In this document: piece by piece, positions 1 to 10,420 of the stretch | How positions within the stretch are numbered: position 1 is the stretch's first letter | Layout: the number at the start of each line of letters is the position of its first letter | NCBI GenBank assembly: GCA_965221905.1 | Contig: OZ244922.1 | Location: forward strand, 800,001-864,000 | DNA: 64,000 nucleotides | Reading direction: 5' to 3' | DNA from: Chloroflexota bacterium | GTDB taxonomy: Bacteria > Chloroflexota > UBA11872 > VXOZ01 | Translations under genes and position numbers: made by a program | The notes under the pieces: generated by a model | The model's database searches: none | What the model saw: only the letters and a program-made list of their open reading frames with translations | What the model was told of the DNA's origin: nothing

Positions 1-1301
1 GGCAGCGTGCCGCCGAAGAGCTTACCCTCAAAAACTGCCATCGACCACACCCGCCGGTATTTTACGTCCGGCGTGGTGTCCAATTGTCCCGTATTGGTCC
101 AGGCGGTGCCGCCCTCGTAGCGATAGACGTTTGCCAGGGGCAGCGTCCCCGCGTAGAGCTTGCCGTTGTAAACCGCCATTGCCATCACTTCCTTCTCTTC
201 TTCCAGGCGGCCCATGCTCTCCCAGGTCTCTTTGCCGTCCCAACGGAAGACGGTGCCGTTGGGCCAGGTGCCGACGTAGAGTTCGCCCTGATAGGCGGCG
301 AACGAGTATACCTGGGTGACTCCTTCTTGGAAGCCGCAGGGCGTCCACTGGGTGCCGCCGTCGTAACGAAAGACGCCGCCGCCTTCATTGCCCGCGCCGT
401 AGAGATGTCCCTTGAAGACGGTGATTGACATCATGCGGCGTCCGGGCGTGCCGCAGTACTCCCATTCCTGCCTGCCGGCATAGCGGAAGACGCCTTGGCT
501 GTACAGCGGAATGGCGTAGAGTTCGCCGTTGTACACGGCCATACCGGCGATGGAGTCGGCGCCTTCCAGACGGCCGCAGTCTTCCCAGGTTGCATCTCCC
601 GTGTAGCGGTAGATGGCGCCGCCGGGATGCTTATTTGGCGAATCTTCCAGCGCGGAGCCACCGGCCTTATAGCGGGAGACACCGGCGTAGAGTTCGCCCT
701 TGTAGACTGCCAACGACGCGACCGTGTTACACGGGTCGGGACTGCCGCAGTCTTCCCACGTTTGGCCGCCCGCGTAACGGTACATGTGACCGGATTCGTC
801 CGCACCCCATTCGAACGTTCCCGTATAGAGGTCGCCGTTGTAGACGGCCAGGGAGTAGACGCGCAGGTTATTTCCCGGCCGGCCGCAGTCGGCCCATGAC
901 GGCTCTTGCAGGCCGTCGTCGATGCCGAAGTGCAGATTGCGGTGGTGTGCCTGCGCGGCGGTGACTCCGGCGTAATTCAAGGTACCGAAGTTCAGGCCGG
1001 TGCGGGTTGCGGGATCGAACTTGCTGAGGATGTCGCCGTGTAGGTTGGCGCCGTCGGGCGGCAGTTCCACCCAGGCGGAGAGCGTGAAGTCGCCGCTGCC
1101 GAGTGCCAGCGCATCGCTGGCACTCGGCACGGTTACGCAGGCAGTCCGCCCGTCAAATCCGGCTGCTCCGCCGGACGTGCCGTCGCGGCCTGCAGCCGAG
1201 AGGTCGGCACCATGGTTCACGCCGTGATTGTCGTTGCCGGAAGAGTCCCGGCAATCGCCGTTGAATTTCCAATGTGCCAATAGATCGGAGTTGATGCTCA
1301 T
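1..1301 (-). CDS. LamG/concanavalin-like domain plus beta-propeller repeat protein (3' end runs off the window)
   Basis: Absent from the ORF track because it has no stop in the window. Manual translation from ATG at 1301 (GGAG RBS) gives MSINSDLLAHWKFNGDCRDSSGNDNHG...GDFTLSAWV (LamG-like), then repeated W-x-x-C-G...S-L/M-A-V-Y-x-G-x-L-Y...G-x-V/I-Y/F-R-Y units, open to base 1. Confidence 0.85.
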   Translation of the reverse strand, partial: MSINSDLLAHWKFNGDCRDSSGNDNHGVNHGADLSAAGRDGTSGGAAGFDGRTACVTVPSASDALALGSGDFTLSAWVELPPDGANLHGDILSKFDPATRTGLNFGTLNYAGVTAAQAHHRNLHFGIDDGLQEPSWADCGRPGNNLRVYSLAVYNGDLYTGTFEWGADESGHMYRYAGGQTWEDCGSPDPCNTVASLAVYKGELYAGVSRYKAGGSALEDSPNKHPGGAIYRYTGDATWEDCGRLEGADSIAGMAVYNGELYAIPLYSQGVFRYAGRQEWEYCGTPGRRMMSITVFKGHLYGAGNEGGGVFRYDGGTQWTPCGFQEGVTQVYSFAAYQGELYVGTWPNGTVFRWDGKETWESMGRLEEEKEVMAMAVYNGKLYAGTLPLANVYRYEGGTAWTNTGQLDTTPDVKYRRVWSMAVFEGKLFGGTL

Positions 1302-1462
1302 ACAATGGACTCCATCCTGTGTTTGCTTGGCGTAACCTTAGCTTTGCTTAGGTCTCTCGTAGAAGGAGCGAGCGAGGCACTCTTCCCTCCGCCCCATTGT
1401 ATTCCATCCTGGGTGCCAGCAGGCGGGCAGGATCTCTTACGCTGCCAGCCACTGTGGCCCAC

Positions 1463-2041
1463 TCATTTCAAACCAAACCTCTGCAACCGTGTCCACCGCC
1501 GCGCCCACGCCAGCGCTACGCTGGAACCCACAGCCATGGTGCCGGCAAGCAGGTTGAACAGGATGTCTTGGGGATCGAATACGCGGTTAGGCAGAATCGC
1601 CTGGATGCCTTCGTCGAGCACGCCCAGCGTTGCCGTCGCCAGGACGGCGAGCAGGGGTGGCAGCGGCACGCGGCGGCCTTGGCTCGCACGCTCCGTGAGC
1701 GCCTCGAAAATGAGGATGCCCACCACGCCGTACTCGATGAGGTGCGAACGCTCGGTCGGGACCGTCATGCGGGTGAACACCAGCAGGTAAGCAGTCGCGA
1801 CACCAATGGCAACGGCGACTTCCGCGCCTCCCGGCCGCACCTTCAGCGCCTGCGTGAGGATGGTCACTCCTACCAGGAACATGCAGAGGAGGAAGAGGCC
1901 GATGGAGATATCCAGCAGGCCCCGCTCCCGCAATGTTTCAGCCAGCGTTTGCGCCAAACCCAGGGTGGCATAGATCGCTACCATGACAGCCAGCACCCAC
2001 AGCCACAGGCGGCGCTCTCGACGGGACGAGAAGAGAGTCAT
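1463..2041 (-). CDS. VanZ-family membrane protein
   Basis: Hydrophobic helices with VanZ motifs 'ERSHLIEYG' and 'DEGIQAILPNRVFDPQDILFN'. Confidence 0.85.
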   Translation of the reverse strand: MTLFSSRRERRLWLWVLAVMVAIYATLGLAQTLAETLRERGLLDISIGLFLLCMFLVGVTILTQALKVRPGGAEVAVAIGVATAYLLVFTRMTVPTERSHLIEYGVVGILIFEALTERASQGRRVPLPPLLAVLATATLGVLDEGIQAILPNRVFDPQDILFNLLAGTMAVGSSVALAWARRWTRLQRFGLK

Positions 2042-2124
2042 GACTGTTGGATTTCCTGGTGCAAATTAAGGAACGTGTTGAGCAGAGTCACGAGACGCTT
2101 CCAAGTGGAGACCTGGAATGACAT

Positions 2125-2230
2125 CGTCATTCCGGCGAAAGCCGGAATCTAGGGGAGGGGTAGTGCGCGGTAACTTGCCGTACAGAGTAACCACCCCCAT
2201 CCCAACCTTCCCCCGTCAAGGGGGAAGGGG
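2125..2230 (+). repeat. Composite REP-like element: type A (GTCATTCCGGCGAAAGCCGGAATC) plus type B (CCCCATCCCAACCTTCCCCCGTCAAGGGGGAAGGGG)
   Basis: Two hairpins. A similar composite, including the spacer word AACTTGCCGT, recurs at 58082-58183. Confidence 0.85.
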
Positions 2231-2577
2231 TAGCGGAGAAGTCTCCGTGTGGGGGTTGTGCCTTCCCTTGCAATGGTCAAACTACTATGGCTCGTGAAGA
2301 CTGTATCACAAGGTTGACTGGAGAGAGACGACTTCGTCGGGTGTCGCTTGGCAATGAAACTCGTGCTCAGGGTCGGCTGACAGCGTAAGTAAACGCGCTA
2401 GAGCGCCTGCACAAATAACAAGCTCTCTAGCGCATTACATCACCATATCCAGGTTTCCACCCGCTGGATTGGCATAATTGGCAAACTAGCGTGCACCGAA
2501 AATCACTTCACCCCGCCGTTCGCTGCTCGGCTTTTGCCAAGTACCACGGCCGATTGCAGTATGCCTGTGCTTGATGC

Positions 2578-3624
2578 CTACTCCAGCGGCAGCTTGACCG
2601 GTGTGCCGCCCAAAGCCGCTGACCGCTCCGCGGCGAAGATGACCTCGTCGATCTTTAAGGCGTCGTGGATATCCACTTCCGGCTTCTTGTTGTTTAGGAT
2701 GCAGTCGATGATGTGGTCCGTCTGCGGCTGGAAGGGGTGGTGCGCGACCTCGGGCGTATCCGGCATGATCGTCTCGAAGGTCGCCCAATCGGTCTGCTCG
2801 GTCATGCGCTCGCCGATGAGGGTCTCCGAATGGAACTTATTGCCCACCAACGTGCCGCGGTCGCCGTGCAGGCGGACGTTGAACGAATAGGGGTTGTTGC
2901 CCTCCAGGATGCAGCCGACCTTGCCGATGCGTCCGTCCTTGTAGCTAATGACGCTGAGCACGGTGCCTTCCCAATCGAAGGTCTTCGTGAAGTTGCCCCA
3001 ATGGCCCACCACGTGATCGACCTCGCCGGGCATGAATTGGAGCAGCGCGTCTACCGCGTGACAGCCCGCGGCCGCCAGCGCGGAACCGCCTTGCTCTCGG
3101 GTCTTCACCCAGGGGTAGCCCACGTACCACTGGGGCCAGTTGGCGCTGAAATAGTCGCACTCGCCGTAGAAGATGTTGCCGAAGGCATTGGCCTTGATGA
3201 GCTTGTGCACGATCAGGAAGTAGGGGCTCCAGTGGAGCTCGAAACCCTCGCAGGCCACCACGCCGGCTTTGTCCACTGCTGCCACGATGGTTTTCATGTC
3301 TTCCCAATTGAGCGCGGCGGGCTTCTCGATCAGCATGTGCTTGCCGGCGTCCGCCGCCGCCAGCACCTGCGACACGTGCTTCTCGTTGGTGGAGCAGATG
3401 TAGACCATGTCCAGGTTGTCCTGCTTGAGCATCTGCTCGTAATCGGTGTAGATGTGGGCGTTGGCGAGCCCGTGCTCTTCCTTGGCGTTCTCCGCGTTTT
3501 CGCGGCTGCCGCTGCAGAGACCGACCACTTCCGTGTGGGGATTCTTGACCAGGGTGTCAATGTGCTGATGCGAGACCCAGCCGATGCCGACCACACCGAC
3601 CCCAAGCTTTCCATTGTCTGTCAT
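2578..3624 (-). CDS. Gfo/Idh/MocA family oxidoreductase
   Basis: GxGxxS Rossmann motif (VVGIGWVS), 'HMLIEKP', 'GGSAL...GCHAVD'. GGGAGG RBS precedes ATG 3624. Confidence 0.9.
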   Translation of the reverse strand: MTDNGKLGVGVVGIGWVSHQHIDTLVKNPHTEVVGLCSGSRENAENAKEEHGLANAHIYTDYEQMLKQDNLDMVYICSTNEKHVSQVLAAADAGKHMLIEKPAALNWEDMKTIVAAVDKAGVVACEGFELHWSPYFLIVHKLIKANAFGNIFYGECDYFSANWPQWYVGYPWVKTREQGGSALAAAGCHAVDALLQFMPGEVDHVVGHWGNFTKTFDWEGTVLSVISYKDGRIGKVGCILEGNNPYSFNVRLHGDRGTLVGNKFHSETLIGERMTEQTDWATFETIMPDTPEVAHHPFQPQTDHIIDCILNNKKPEVDIHDALKIDEVIFAAERSAALGGTPVKLPLE

Positions 3625-3813
3625 CGCGTATCCTCCCAAAGTTTCAACATACTCAAGACGAAACTTGGCTACAGTACAGCGTATTCCCGGCTGGCTGTCA
3701 AGGGAAGAAGGAAGCGGTTAGTATGCTATGCTTGGTTGTGAGAGGCCGCCGTCTGGGCGTAGCAGAGGTTGACTGCGCAGTAGTGGTCGTTAAGTGGCGA
3801 GGAGCAATGCTCA

Positions 3814-4728
3814 ATGGAATCCCGGACCGATGATGTGGCTGCCCGGCTGCTGCGCTGTCCTGTGGGATGCGTTTTCTTGCTGACTATCGAGCGGGATGAG
3901 GTTCCCATTGAGATCGCCGTCACGCCGCCTCAGGCGTTTGCGCGCGCCGCGATCGCCTTGGACACTCTCAATCCATGGTCGGCGGATTTCGAACGGACCG
4001 TTGCGGCCGCGCTTTCACGCGGCGCAGATCTGGCAAGCCTGGCGCGCGCGGTTGTGACACATCCGCAAAGCCGCTGGTGGACTGCTCCTATGGACCCAAC
4101 CCGGCAGTTACTCGTGATTGATGACACGGCGCACCCTACCTCTGCCCGCACGGTGCCGCCCGCGTCGAACGTCCGTTGGGAGTCCTACGCGCAACGCCCG
4201 GTGGGATGGCGGATTACTTCCACGCTCTGGGGCGCATATTCGTGCGTCGATACAGCAATCGCGTCGGGCGTCGGTGACTGGACCCAAGTGACTTCGCACC
4301 GCAGATTCGCTGCCGAAATTGACGAATCTGCCCGCGTCTTCGAGGTCTCCGGCCCGGCGGACTGGCACACGCTCTGCGTCTCCTTTCCTCGCGTTAATCA
4401 GCATCCTAATAGTCCAGCCGGGATCGACACGCTTTCGCCGGATTGGGGCCGTGTTGGCACGCAGTGGAACGGCGTCCACCTGACGTTCATGGGGCTCCTG
4501 ACTGCGCCTTTCGTGCGCTACAGTTCAGTGGCCGGAACCACCATGCTGTGGTCGTGGAATACGGAGGGCACACTGTGGCTGCCGGGGGATTTCGTGCGCG
4601 CGGACGCGCCGCTCGCGCCTGTGGATTGCGACGCGTGCGAATTCAGGACATCCGGGCCGCTGATGGATGAGGATTTGGGAATCCCGGAGTGGCCGCCTGT
4701 CCCCGGCGTCATCCGCTATCGCGGGTGA
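3814..4728 (+). CDS. Hypothetical protein (PDW...GVHLT...WNTEGTLW motif)
   Basis: 304-aa ORF with GAGGAG RBS and protein-like, Trp-rich composition. No function recognised. Confidence 0.7.
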   Translation: MESRTDDVAARLLRCPVGCVFLLTIERDEVPIEIAVTPPQAFARAAIALDTLNPWSADFERTVAAALSRGADLASLARAVVTHPQSRWWTAPMDPTRQLLVIDDTAHPTSARTVPPASNVRWESYAQRPVGWRITSTLWGAYSCVDTAIASGVGDWTQVTSHRRFAAEIDESARVFEVSGPADWHTLCVSFPRVNQHPNSPAGIDTLSPDWGRVGTQWNGVHLTFMGLLTAPFVRYSSVAGTTMLWSWNTEGTLWLPGDFVRADAPLAPVDCDACEFRTSGPLMDEDLGIPEWPPVPGVIRYRG

Positions 4729-4854
4729 TGGTCACTGTTCTCGATACGATCCGGCCGCTGTCCCAGTCGCCGTTCGGCCACACAAGAAAATGGGTGCTAA
4801 AACCGCGATACCTCCCGTTCTGGCAAGCGCCAACCGAGTTTGAACTAGCGGAAT

Positions 4855-4900
4855 AGGAAAGGAGAAGGGCAACCACTACAGGTTGCCCTTCTCCTTTCCT
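4855..4900. terminator. Long hairpin between convergent genes, likely terminator
   Basis: Perfect 20-bp stem AGGAAAGGAGAAGGGCAACC / GGTTGCCCTTCTCCTTTCCT with a 6-nt loop. Confidence 0.7.
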
Positions 4901-4961
4901 GCCGCAATGCTGGGGAAAACACACCAGCTTAGCCGTTTTGCCCCACTTGCCGCATAGCCCC

Positions 4962-6359
4962 CTAGAAGTCCAGCACCGAGTTTGAGAGCGTCTCGTCGAG
5001 GACGATTTGGGTCTGCTCGTTGGTCTCGGCGATGGCTTCCTGGATGGTCTTCTCGCCCTGGTAGATCGCGCGCGGCAGCGCCACGTGCAGACCGAGGATT
5101 TCGATGCCGCCGGGAGCGGTCACCACCCAGTGCGCGCCGGCCATCTCGATGGAGGCCTGCAAGCGCAGCGGGTCGTCCTTGGTCCACTCGGGGCTGTTCG
5201 CGACGGCCTTGTGCACCGGCAGGCGGCCCTTGGCGTCGTTGAAGCGCAGCTCCTGCGGCGCGTCGTAGAGCCACTCCAGGAAGGCGAACGCGCCGTCCGG
5301 ATTGCTGGAGGCGTTCGGCATCACCTTGGAGCCGCCGCCGCCGTAGGTCGCGGGCGTGCCGCCGGGTGGAATCGGCTCCACCGCCAGGCCGTAGCTGAGC
5401 GCCGCAAAGCCCTCGCGGTAGGCGGGGAAGTTCGGGATGTCGTAGATCTCGAAGTACATCGCCAGCTTGCTGTCGATGAAGATCTGCTGCGTACGGACAT
5501 CGCCTCGGAACTCCGCGACGGCGTCGTAGCCGTCCTGCTCGTCATACATGCGCACCGTATGCTCGAACGCATTCACCATCATCTCATTGTTCATGGTGGA
5601 CGTGCTGTCGTCGGCTGACGTCAGGTCGCCGCCCTGCTGCCAGTAGGGGATCATCCAGCCGGCAAGAGAGCCGCCGCTGCCCCACAACGGCACGTAGCCG
5701 AGACGGGCAATGTTGCCGGCCTCTTTCTTGAAGGTCTTGTTGATGGCGTCGTGGAACTCATCCCACGAGGTGGGCGGACGCTCCGGGTCGAGACCCACCT
5801 CGAGCAGCGCGTCGTTGTTGTAGAACAACGTGCGCACGTCCGCCGACCACGGCAAGCCGAAATGATGGCCGCGGTAGGTGACGTCGTTGAGAATGCGCTC
5901 CCACATATCGGCAGTGTTGATGATGGACGACATCTTGACCATGTCCGTGATGTCACGGACTACGCCATTCACCGCCATGGTCTTGGGAATGTAGCGGTCC
6001 TCAAACGCCAGGTCGGGCGGCGCGCCGCCTGCTACCGCCGTCGGTAGCGTATCGCGCAGGTCTCTACCGCCCTTGGGAATGGTGGTGACGTTGTAGGCCT
6101 CGAATGATTCGTTGAACTCGGCGACGAGTTCCGCGCCGATCTCCTCGTTGAAGGAACCCCACGCCGACGTGAGCGACCAGTAAACCACCTCGGTGGCCTC
6201 CATGGGCGCTGCGGGGGCCTCTTTGGTCTCAGCCTCGGGCGCTTCATCCTTGGGCGCGTCCGCCATCGGGGCCGCAGGTTGTCCGCACGCGGCCAGCAAA
6301 GCCGCAGTGCCCGCAAAGCCGATACCGGTTCCGAGTATTCGCCGTCTTGAGGTACGCAT
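4962..6359 (-). CDS. ABC sugar-type extracellular solute-binding lipoprotein (SBP family 1, Tat signal)
   Basis: SRRRIL twin-arginine signal, LAAC lipobox, Ala/Pro/Glu linker, 'GAPPDL', 'LFYNNDAL...PPTSWDEF'. GGAGG RBS precedes ATG 6359. Confidence 0.9.
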   Translation of the reverse strand: MRTSRRRILGTGIGFAGTAALLAACGQPAAPMADAPKDEAPEAETKEAPAAPMEATEVVYWSLTSAWGSFNEEIGAELVAEFNESFEAYNVTTIPKGGRDLRDTLPTAVAGGAPPDLAFEDRYIPKTMAVNGVVRDITDMVKMSSIINTADMWERILNDVTYRGHHFGLPWSADVRTLFYNNDALLEVGLDPERPPTSWDEFHDAINKTFKKEAGNIARLGYVPLWGSGGSLAGWMIPYWQQGGDLTSADDSTSTMNNEMMVNAFEHTVRMYDEQDGYDAVAEFRGDVRTQQIFIDSKLAMYFEIYDIPNFPAYREGFAALSYGLAVEPIPPGGTPATYGGGGSKVMPNASSNPDGAFAFLEWLYDAPQELRFNDAKGRLPVHKAVANSPEWTKDDPLRLQASIEMAGAHWVVTAPGGIEILGLHVALPRAIYQGEKTIQEAIAETNEQTQIVLDETLSNSVLDF

Positions 6360-6453
6360 GGTTGGCCTCCTCTGCGCAACTGCAAAAACTCGATTTGCCT
6401 CTGATTTCCACTCTTGCAAGAGATGGATTTCGAGAGACGGTTTGTCAACTATC

Positions 6454-6482
6454 TAAATAACACTCTATTGACCATTAGTCAA
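6454..6482 (-). promoter_or_regulatory. Sigma70-like promoter with overlapping inverted-repeat operator
   Basis: Minus strand reads TTGACT-17 nt-TATTTA. The -35 box lies in the dyad TTGAC-TAATG-GTCAA (6468-6482). Confidence 0.5.
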
Positions 6483-6560
6483 GTCATAAAGCGCCTGTTG
6501 CGGCCTTAGAATTGGCCTGAGGCGAGTGCGGTACAGCGGCTTTTACGCACAGTCGAGAGG

Positions 6561-6588
6561 GTAGGGGCACGACATGTCGTGCCCCTAC
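6561..6588. repeat. GTAG-type REP palindrome (type E)
   Basis: Perfect 28-bp palindrome GTAGGGGCACGACATGTCGTGCCCCTAC. Second copy at 58674-58701. Confidence 0.85.
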
Positions 6589-7181
6589 GTGTTACGAGGG
6601 CATGCGGCGAACTTATCCTACGCCGACTCTCCTCCTACCTATCAAGTCAGCGTATTACCTGAGAGTCTTGAGTCTGGCAAGAGACGTAACCCAACGAAGG
6701 ACTTAGCCCATACCCATTGGTGTCGGAACATTGGCTCTTATACAGGTGCCAGTTGAGGGGCTCTCAATTGAGGGGATGTGTTCTCTAACGCCCAGCGCCC
6801 AGTGTGTCCGTTTCGGTTCGCGTCCTCCCCGATCCACCAGTTCATAGCTAAGACCTGCGGGGACTCGAACTCTTCTGCCGTAGCGTACGACTGAGACCCG
6901 CCTAGGACATTGGACCCATCCTTTGGCTCCACTCTTAGACCCAATGGGACTGAAATCATCACTCAGTGACCCGTTGAAGACGCTGGTCTCCCAGGAGAAC
7001 CTGGTCCAGGACCGGAACCGGGCGTGGCCCTCGCGATGGTCGGTTCCATCGTCCAGGTCGAAGCCCACGGTTTCACCAAAACTGGGACTGTCATGCTTCA
7101 TGCTCTTCTTCCTGGATGGGATGACTCCTTAACCGACATCGTGGGAAAGCCATCACCAATGGCTGTCGCACCCACAGCCAC

Positions 7182-8900
7182 CTAGAACAACCCTTGGAGA
7201 TTTTCCCGGAGGTTCCGCCACCACCCCCGGTCCGATCCATGGTCCGGTACGAAGTGGACTGCGTATGTCCCGTCCTCCTCCACTTTGAGCCGCCCAGCCA
7301 GGGTCGCCACGCGGCCCGGGGAGATTGCTTCGAGGACCTCCGACGGGTCGAGGACGTTAACTCGCTGCACGTACTCGCCCCGATTCATCTCCACCACTAG
7401 CTCGTCGGCGTCTTGGAACACGACCGTGCCACTGACCTTCACGCATTCATCGCGAAACAGGTCGCCGGCCACCGCAATCTGTGCTGGGGTGGGGATACGG
7501 GGAGAGTTCAAGGAACACGGCTTGACGCGCGGCGATACCACGTCGAGGCTGAACAGGACGACCAAGACCAACGCCCCTATGCCCAACAGCCTTACCACCC
7601 ATATGAAGCACCCGCGGAGGCGCCCGCCGCTCTTCGGTTCCTCAATCAGTGTTTCTCCCCTGTCCAGTTGATACCCGCCCGATGGCGGTGACGGCGCACC
7701 TTCCAGAGAACTGCGCTGTGAATCCGGCTCACGCGCTATGTCCTGGATTTCGTCGGCGGTCTCCCTGTGCACGGCCTTCCCGGTATCCGGCGACTCCGAT
7801 TGGCGCAGCTCACGCTCTACCTCGTAACCCAGTCCCGCGGCCGCTTTTGCCGCATCGCCCGACCGTCCGGTCAGCCACCATTCCGGCGCGTGCATGAAAC
7901 CGCGATAGGCCGCGTCCAGGTCGGCGCCTTGCAGGGAGGATGCGCTGCCGGATCCGAACCACGGCGGAGCTGAGTCCGAGACGTTGAGCCATGGCTGGGC
8001 CACATTCAGCGCCACAGCATAGGGCAATATGGAATCAGCTTTGTTCCGGGCATCGGGCGGGGCAGGTCCGGCCATAGTCTCTTGCCAGCCTCGCCACTGA
8101 CTTTTCTCATGTGCTCCCCTCTGCGTTGTCGGCACCATGCCCGTTGGTATCGACGGCGCCATCATCAAGTATACGAGGCCTGTGAACGCGCCGATCAGGA
8201 CGTTCACCCACCACTGGTCCAGCCATACAGCCGCCCAAAGTCCGCTGCCAACGCCCATCAAGGTGCCGGCCAGCATTCCCCATCCGATTGCATCGCCGAA
8301 GTTTTCCCTCCTGACTCGCACCGGATTGTCATGGAAAAGGCCGCGATGCTGCAGGTAGTCCCCTATCTGGTCGCCGATGGCATCCTCGCGCTTCTTTATC
8401 GCTTCATGGAGCGTACCAACCGTCGTGGCACGCATCGGCATGCTTTCGCATATCGTTCGCTCCCAGTCATACTGTACGGGAGCCTGCCAAGACAGCCGAT
8501 ACAGTAAGCCCAGCGTTGTTCCGATGGCCTCGATTCGCAGCGTGCCGCGCTGGCACATCTCGATGATGGAGGCCAGCATCGTCGGGCTCCATATCATGTG
8601 GCCTCCCAGTGCAGATACCGCCGCCGCGGGCATTGAATCGGGCTGCAGGGTTCCCGAGTACCATGGGGACCGATGCGCCTCCGTCGCCTGCGGGGGCCGG
8701 TACTTGGGCCACAGCCACAGCACGAAAATGACCAAGTGCGCCGCGACTACGCCTATCGTGCCGAAGCCCCCGACCACCAGTTGCTTCCGGTCCAACTCCC
8801 GGAAGTCAGGAAAGCCGATTGCGGCGATTGCCCCGCCTAGGTCTATCGCGAACAGCAAGCCGATGGCGGCAAGGGCCGCCACTGCTGTCACCACACTCAC
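7182..8900 (-). CDS. DUF2207-like membrane protein with extra C-terminal TM and OB-fold-like domain
   Basis: 'PAAAVSAL...LASIIEMCQRGTLRIE' and 'ILPYAVALNV..PW...PPWF' resemble the DUF2207 C-terminal half. GAAGGAAGG RBS. Confidence 0.65.
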   Translation of the reverse strand: MSVVTAVAALAAIGLLFAIDLGGAIAAIGFPDFRELDRKQLVVGGFGTIGVVAAHLVIFVLWLWPKYRPPQATEAHRSPWYSGTLQPDSMPAAAVSALGGHMIWSPTMLASIIEMCQRGTLRIEAIGTTLGLLYRLSWQAPVQYDWERTICESMPMRATTVGTLHEAIKKREDAIGDQIGDYLQHRGLFHDNPVRVRRENFGDAIGWGMLAGTLMGVGSGLWAAVWLDQWWVNVLIGAFTGLVYLMMAPSIPTGMVPTTQRGAHEKSQWRGWQETMAGPAPPDARNKADSILPYAVALNVAQPWLNVSDSAPPWFGSGSASSLQGADLDAAYRGFMHAPEWWLTGRSGDAAKAAAGLGYEVERELRQSESPDTGKAVHRETADEIQDIAREPDSQRSSLEGAPSPPSGGYQLDRGETLIEEPKSGGRLRGCFIWVVRLLGIGALVLVVLFSLDVVSPRVKPCSLNSPRIPTPAQIAVAGDLFRDECVKVSGTVVFQDADELVVEMNRGEYVQRVNVLDPSEVLEAISPGRVATLAGRLKVEEDGTYAVHFVPDHGSDRGWWRNLRENLQGLF

Positions 8901-9355
8901 AATGGCCTACCTTCCTTCTCGGGTCGCACTGCCTGACTTGACTCCGCCGGACAACCGTCCTTCACACTACTATCGGATAGCAGCTGTCGCCAGGCGATAC
9001 CCGCGCCCAGCCGTGTCGGAGTCCGTCCTCTGGAGGCTGAGGACGGCGGCGTTGCTATTCGGGACGGCGACTACGGCCACCTTGGCCGGTGTCCCCTTCC
9101 ACAGGACAGGTCGGGCATGACGGTGCTGCCGTTCCTGGCTAGAATGATCCCTCCCCTATAAAAAGCGGGGATACATCTTCTATGCTTTCCAAGTCGCTCG
9201 CTGCCGCGGCTGAAGCAAGACATGTGGTCATTGCCTATTCTCAAATTCTACTATGCCGTTCCCATTCGGCATCTTGACCGGCTCTCTTGCTTTTCTACAT
9301 GATCTGTAATCTCGGTCAAAGTCGATGCCGCCCAGTTGCCGTTGAGGGCGGACTG

Positions 9356-9445
9356 AAATCTAAAATTCCTCGTTGCGCTCGGAATGACATTGATGTGCGA
9401 CATAGGAGGTGATGGCTAAGTGTAGCGCGGGGGCTTGTCTTCCGC
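9356..9445. repeat. REP-like remnants (type F arm ...CGCTCGGAATGACA; type D, reverse strand, GTAGCGCGGGGGCTTGTC)
   Basis: Match copies at 26964-27079, 27509-27537, 49662-49704 (F) and 15387-15411 (D). Confidence 0.65.
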
Positions 9446-9645
9446 TGCCTCACGTAGATACCGGCCACCTAATCGAGTGCATTTCTTCTGGCAGAGACCC
9501 TAACCCGCATGCAACCAGGAGAAGGGCGATCAGCACGGCCAGCGCCGCGACACAGACGGGAGGGGACGCGCGAGCGTAGCGAGCGCGGTGGAGACCCACC
9601 ACGCCCAACATACACCCGACACGCCGACACTCCGCTCGCGTCGGA

Positions 9646-10210
9646 CTAAAGCCACTGCTTCTTGCCGGTAACGTAGATACTCTGGAAGTCTTCATCCGAC
9701 TTGGTCAGGTAGATAATGCCTTCCACCAACCCAAGTACGCCAGCCGCCATCAGAGCAGCATAGCCAACCACGTACATCAAAATCCCAATGAAGAGGCCAA
9801 TGCCGAACATCCCCAAAGCCATGAATGCACTGCCTACAATATTAGCCAGCACTAGGCCGCCGCCGCCAACTGCCAGCTGTATTATTGCGGGCCTCTTGAT
9901 GCCCAGGTAGAACTTGTGGACGCCGGCCCAGCCAAGGAATATCCCCAGCAGCCCGGCAACCACCTTGGTCTTCTCGGAGCCCATCACGCCCTCGAGAGCG
10001 CCGCCAATCCCGCCGGCGCCGGGGGCCGGCGTAGCACGGTAAATGGCTACAGCATCGCTGTCCTGCACCTCGAAATCCACCCGCATTCCCCGGTTGGGAG
10101 CGGCCTGGTCTTTCCATATCGGTCCCGACAAAGTTATATCGGTTGCCGTCATCCCCTGTGATCAGTCCCGAGTTGGTTTGAGTGGAGTAATCCAATACTT
10201 GCCCATTCAT
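9646..10210 (-). pseudogene. TM2-domain protein with N-terminal cold-shock-like domain, frameshifted near 10117
   Basis: MNGQVLDYSTQTNSGLITGDDGNRYNFVGTD (ORF 9842-10210) joins WKDQAAPNRGMRVDFEV...KVVAGLLGIFLGWAGVHKFYLG...EGIIYLTKSDEDF (ORF 9646-10152) if one base is removed. Could be an assembly indel. Confidence 0.75.
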
Positions 10211-10420
10211 TCCCTGTTCTCCTCTTGAACGGCGTCAACTATTGTTGCCGGTGTGCGTCTATTATTTTTGCCGGTAGACCTCCTGTTGAATGCGCTTCTG
10301 AGCTGCCCCGGTCCGATAGCTGGGGACGTCGAACTCCAGGATGGCCGAGTGGTGGAAGCTCAGCCTCCGTCTGAGCTTCCCGGGGCGCGAAGCCGCTTAC
10401 GCCCCGTCGCGCCAGTGTAT

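Noticed and set aside
6703-7101. 132-aa and 74-aa minus-strand ORFs
   Set aside because: No recognisable motifs; possibly a frameshifted remnant, but not supportable as a gene.
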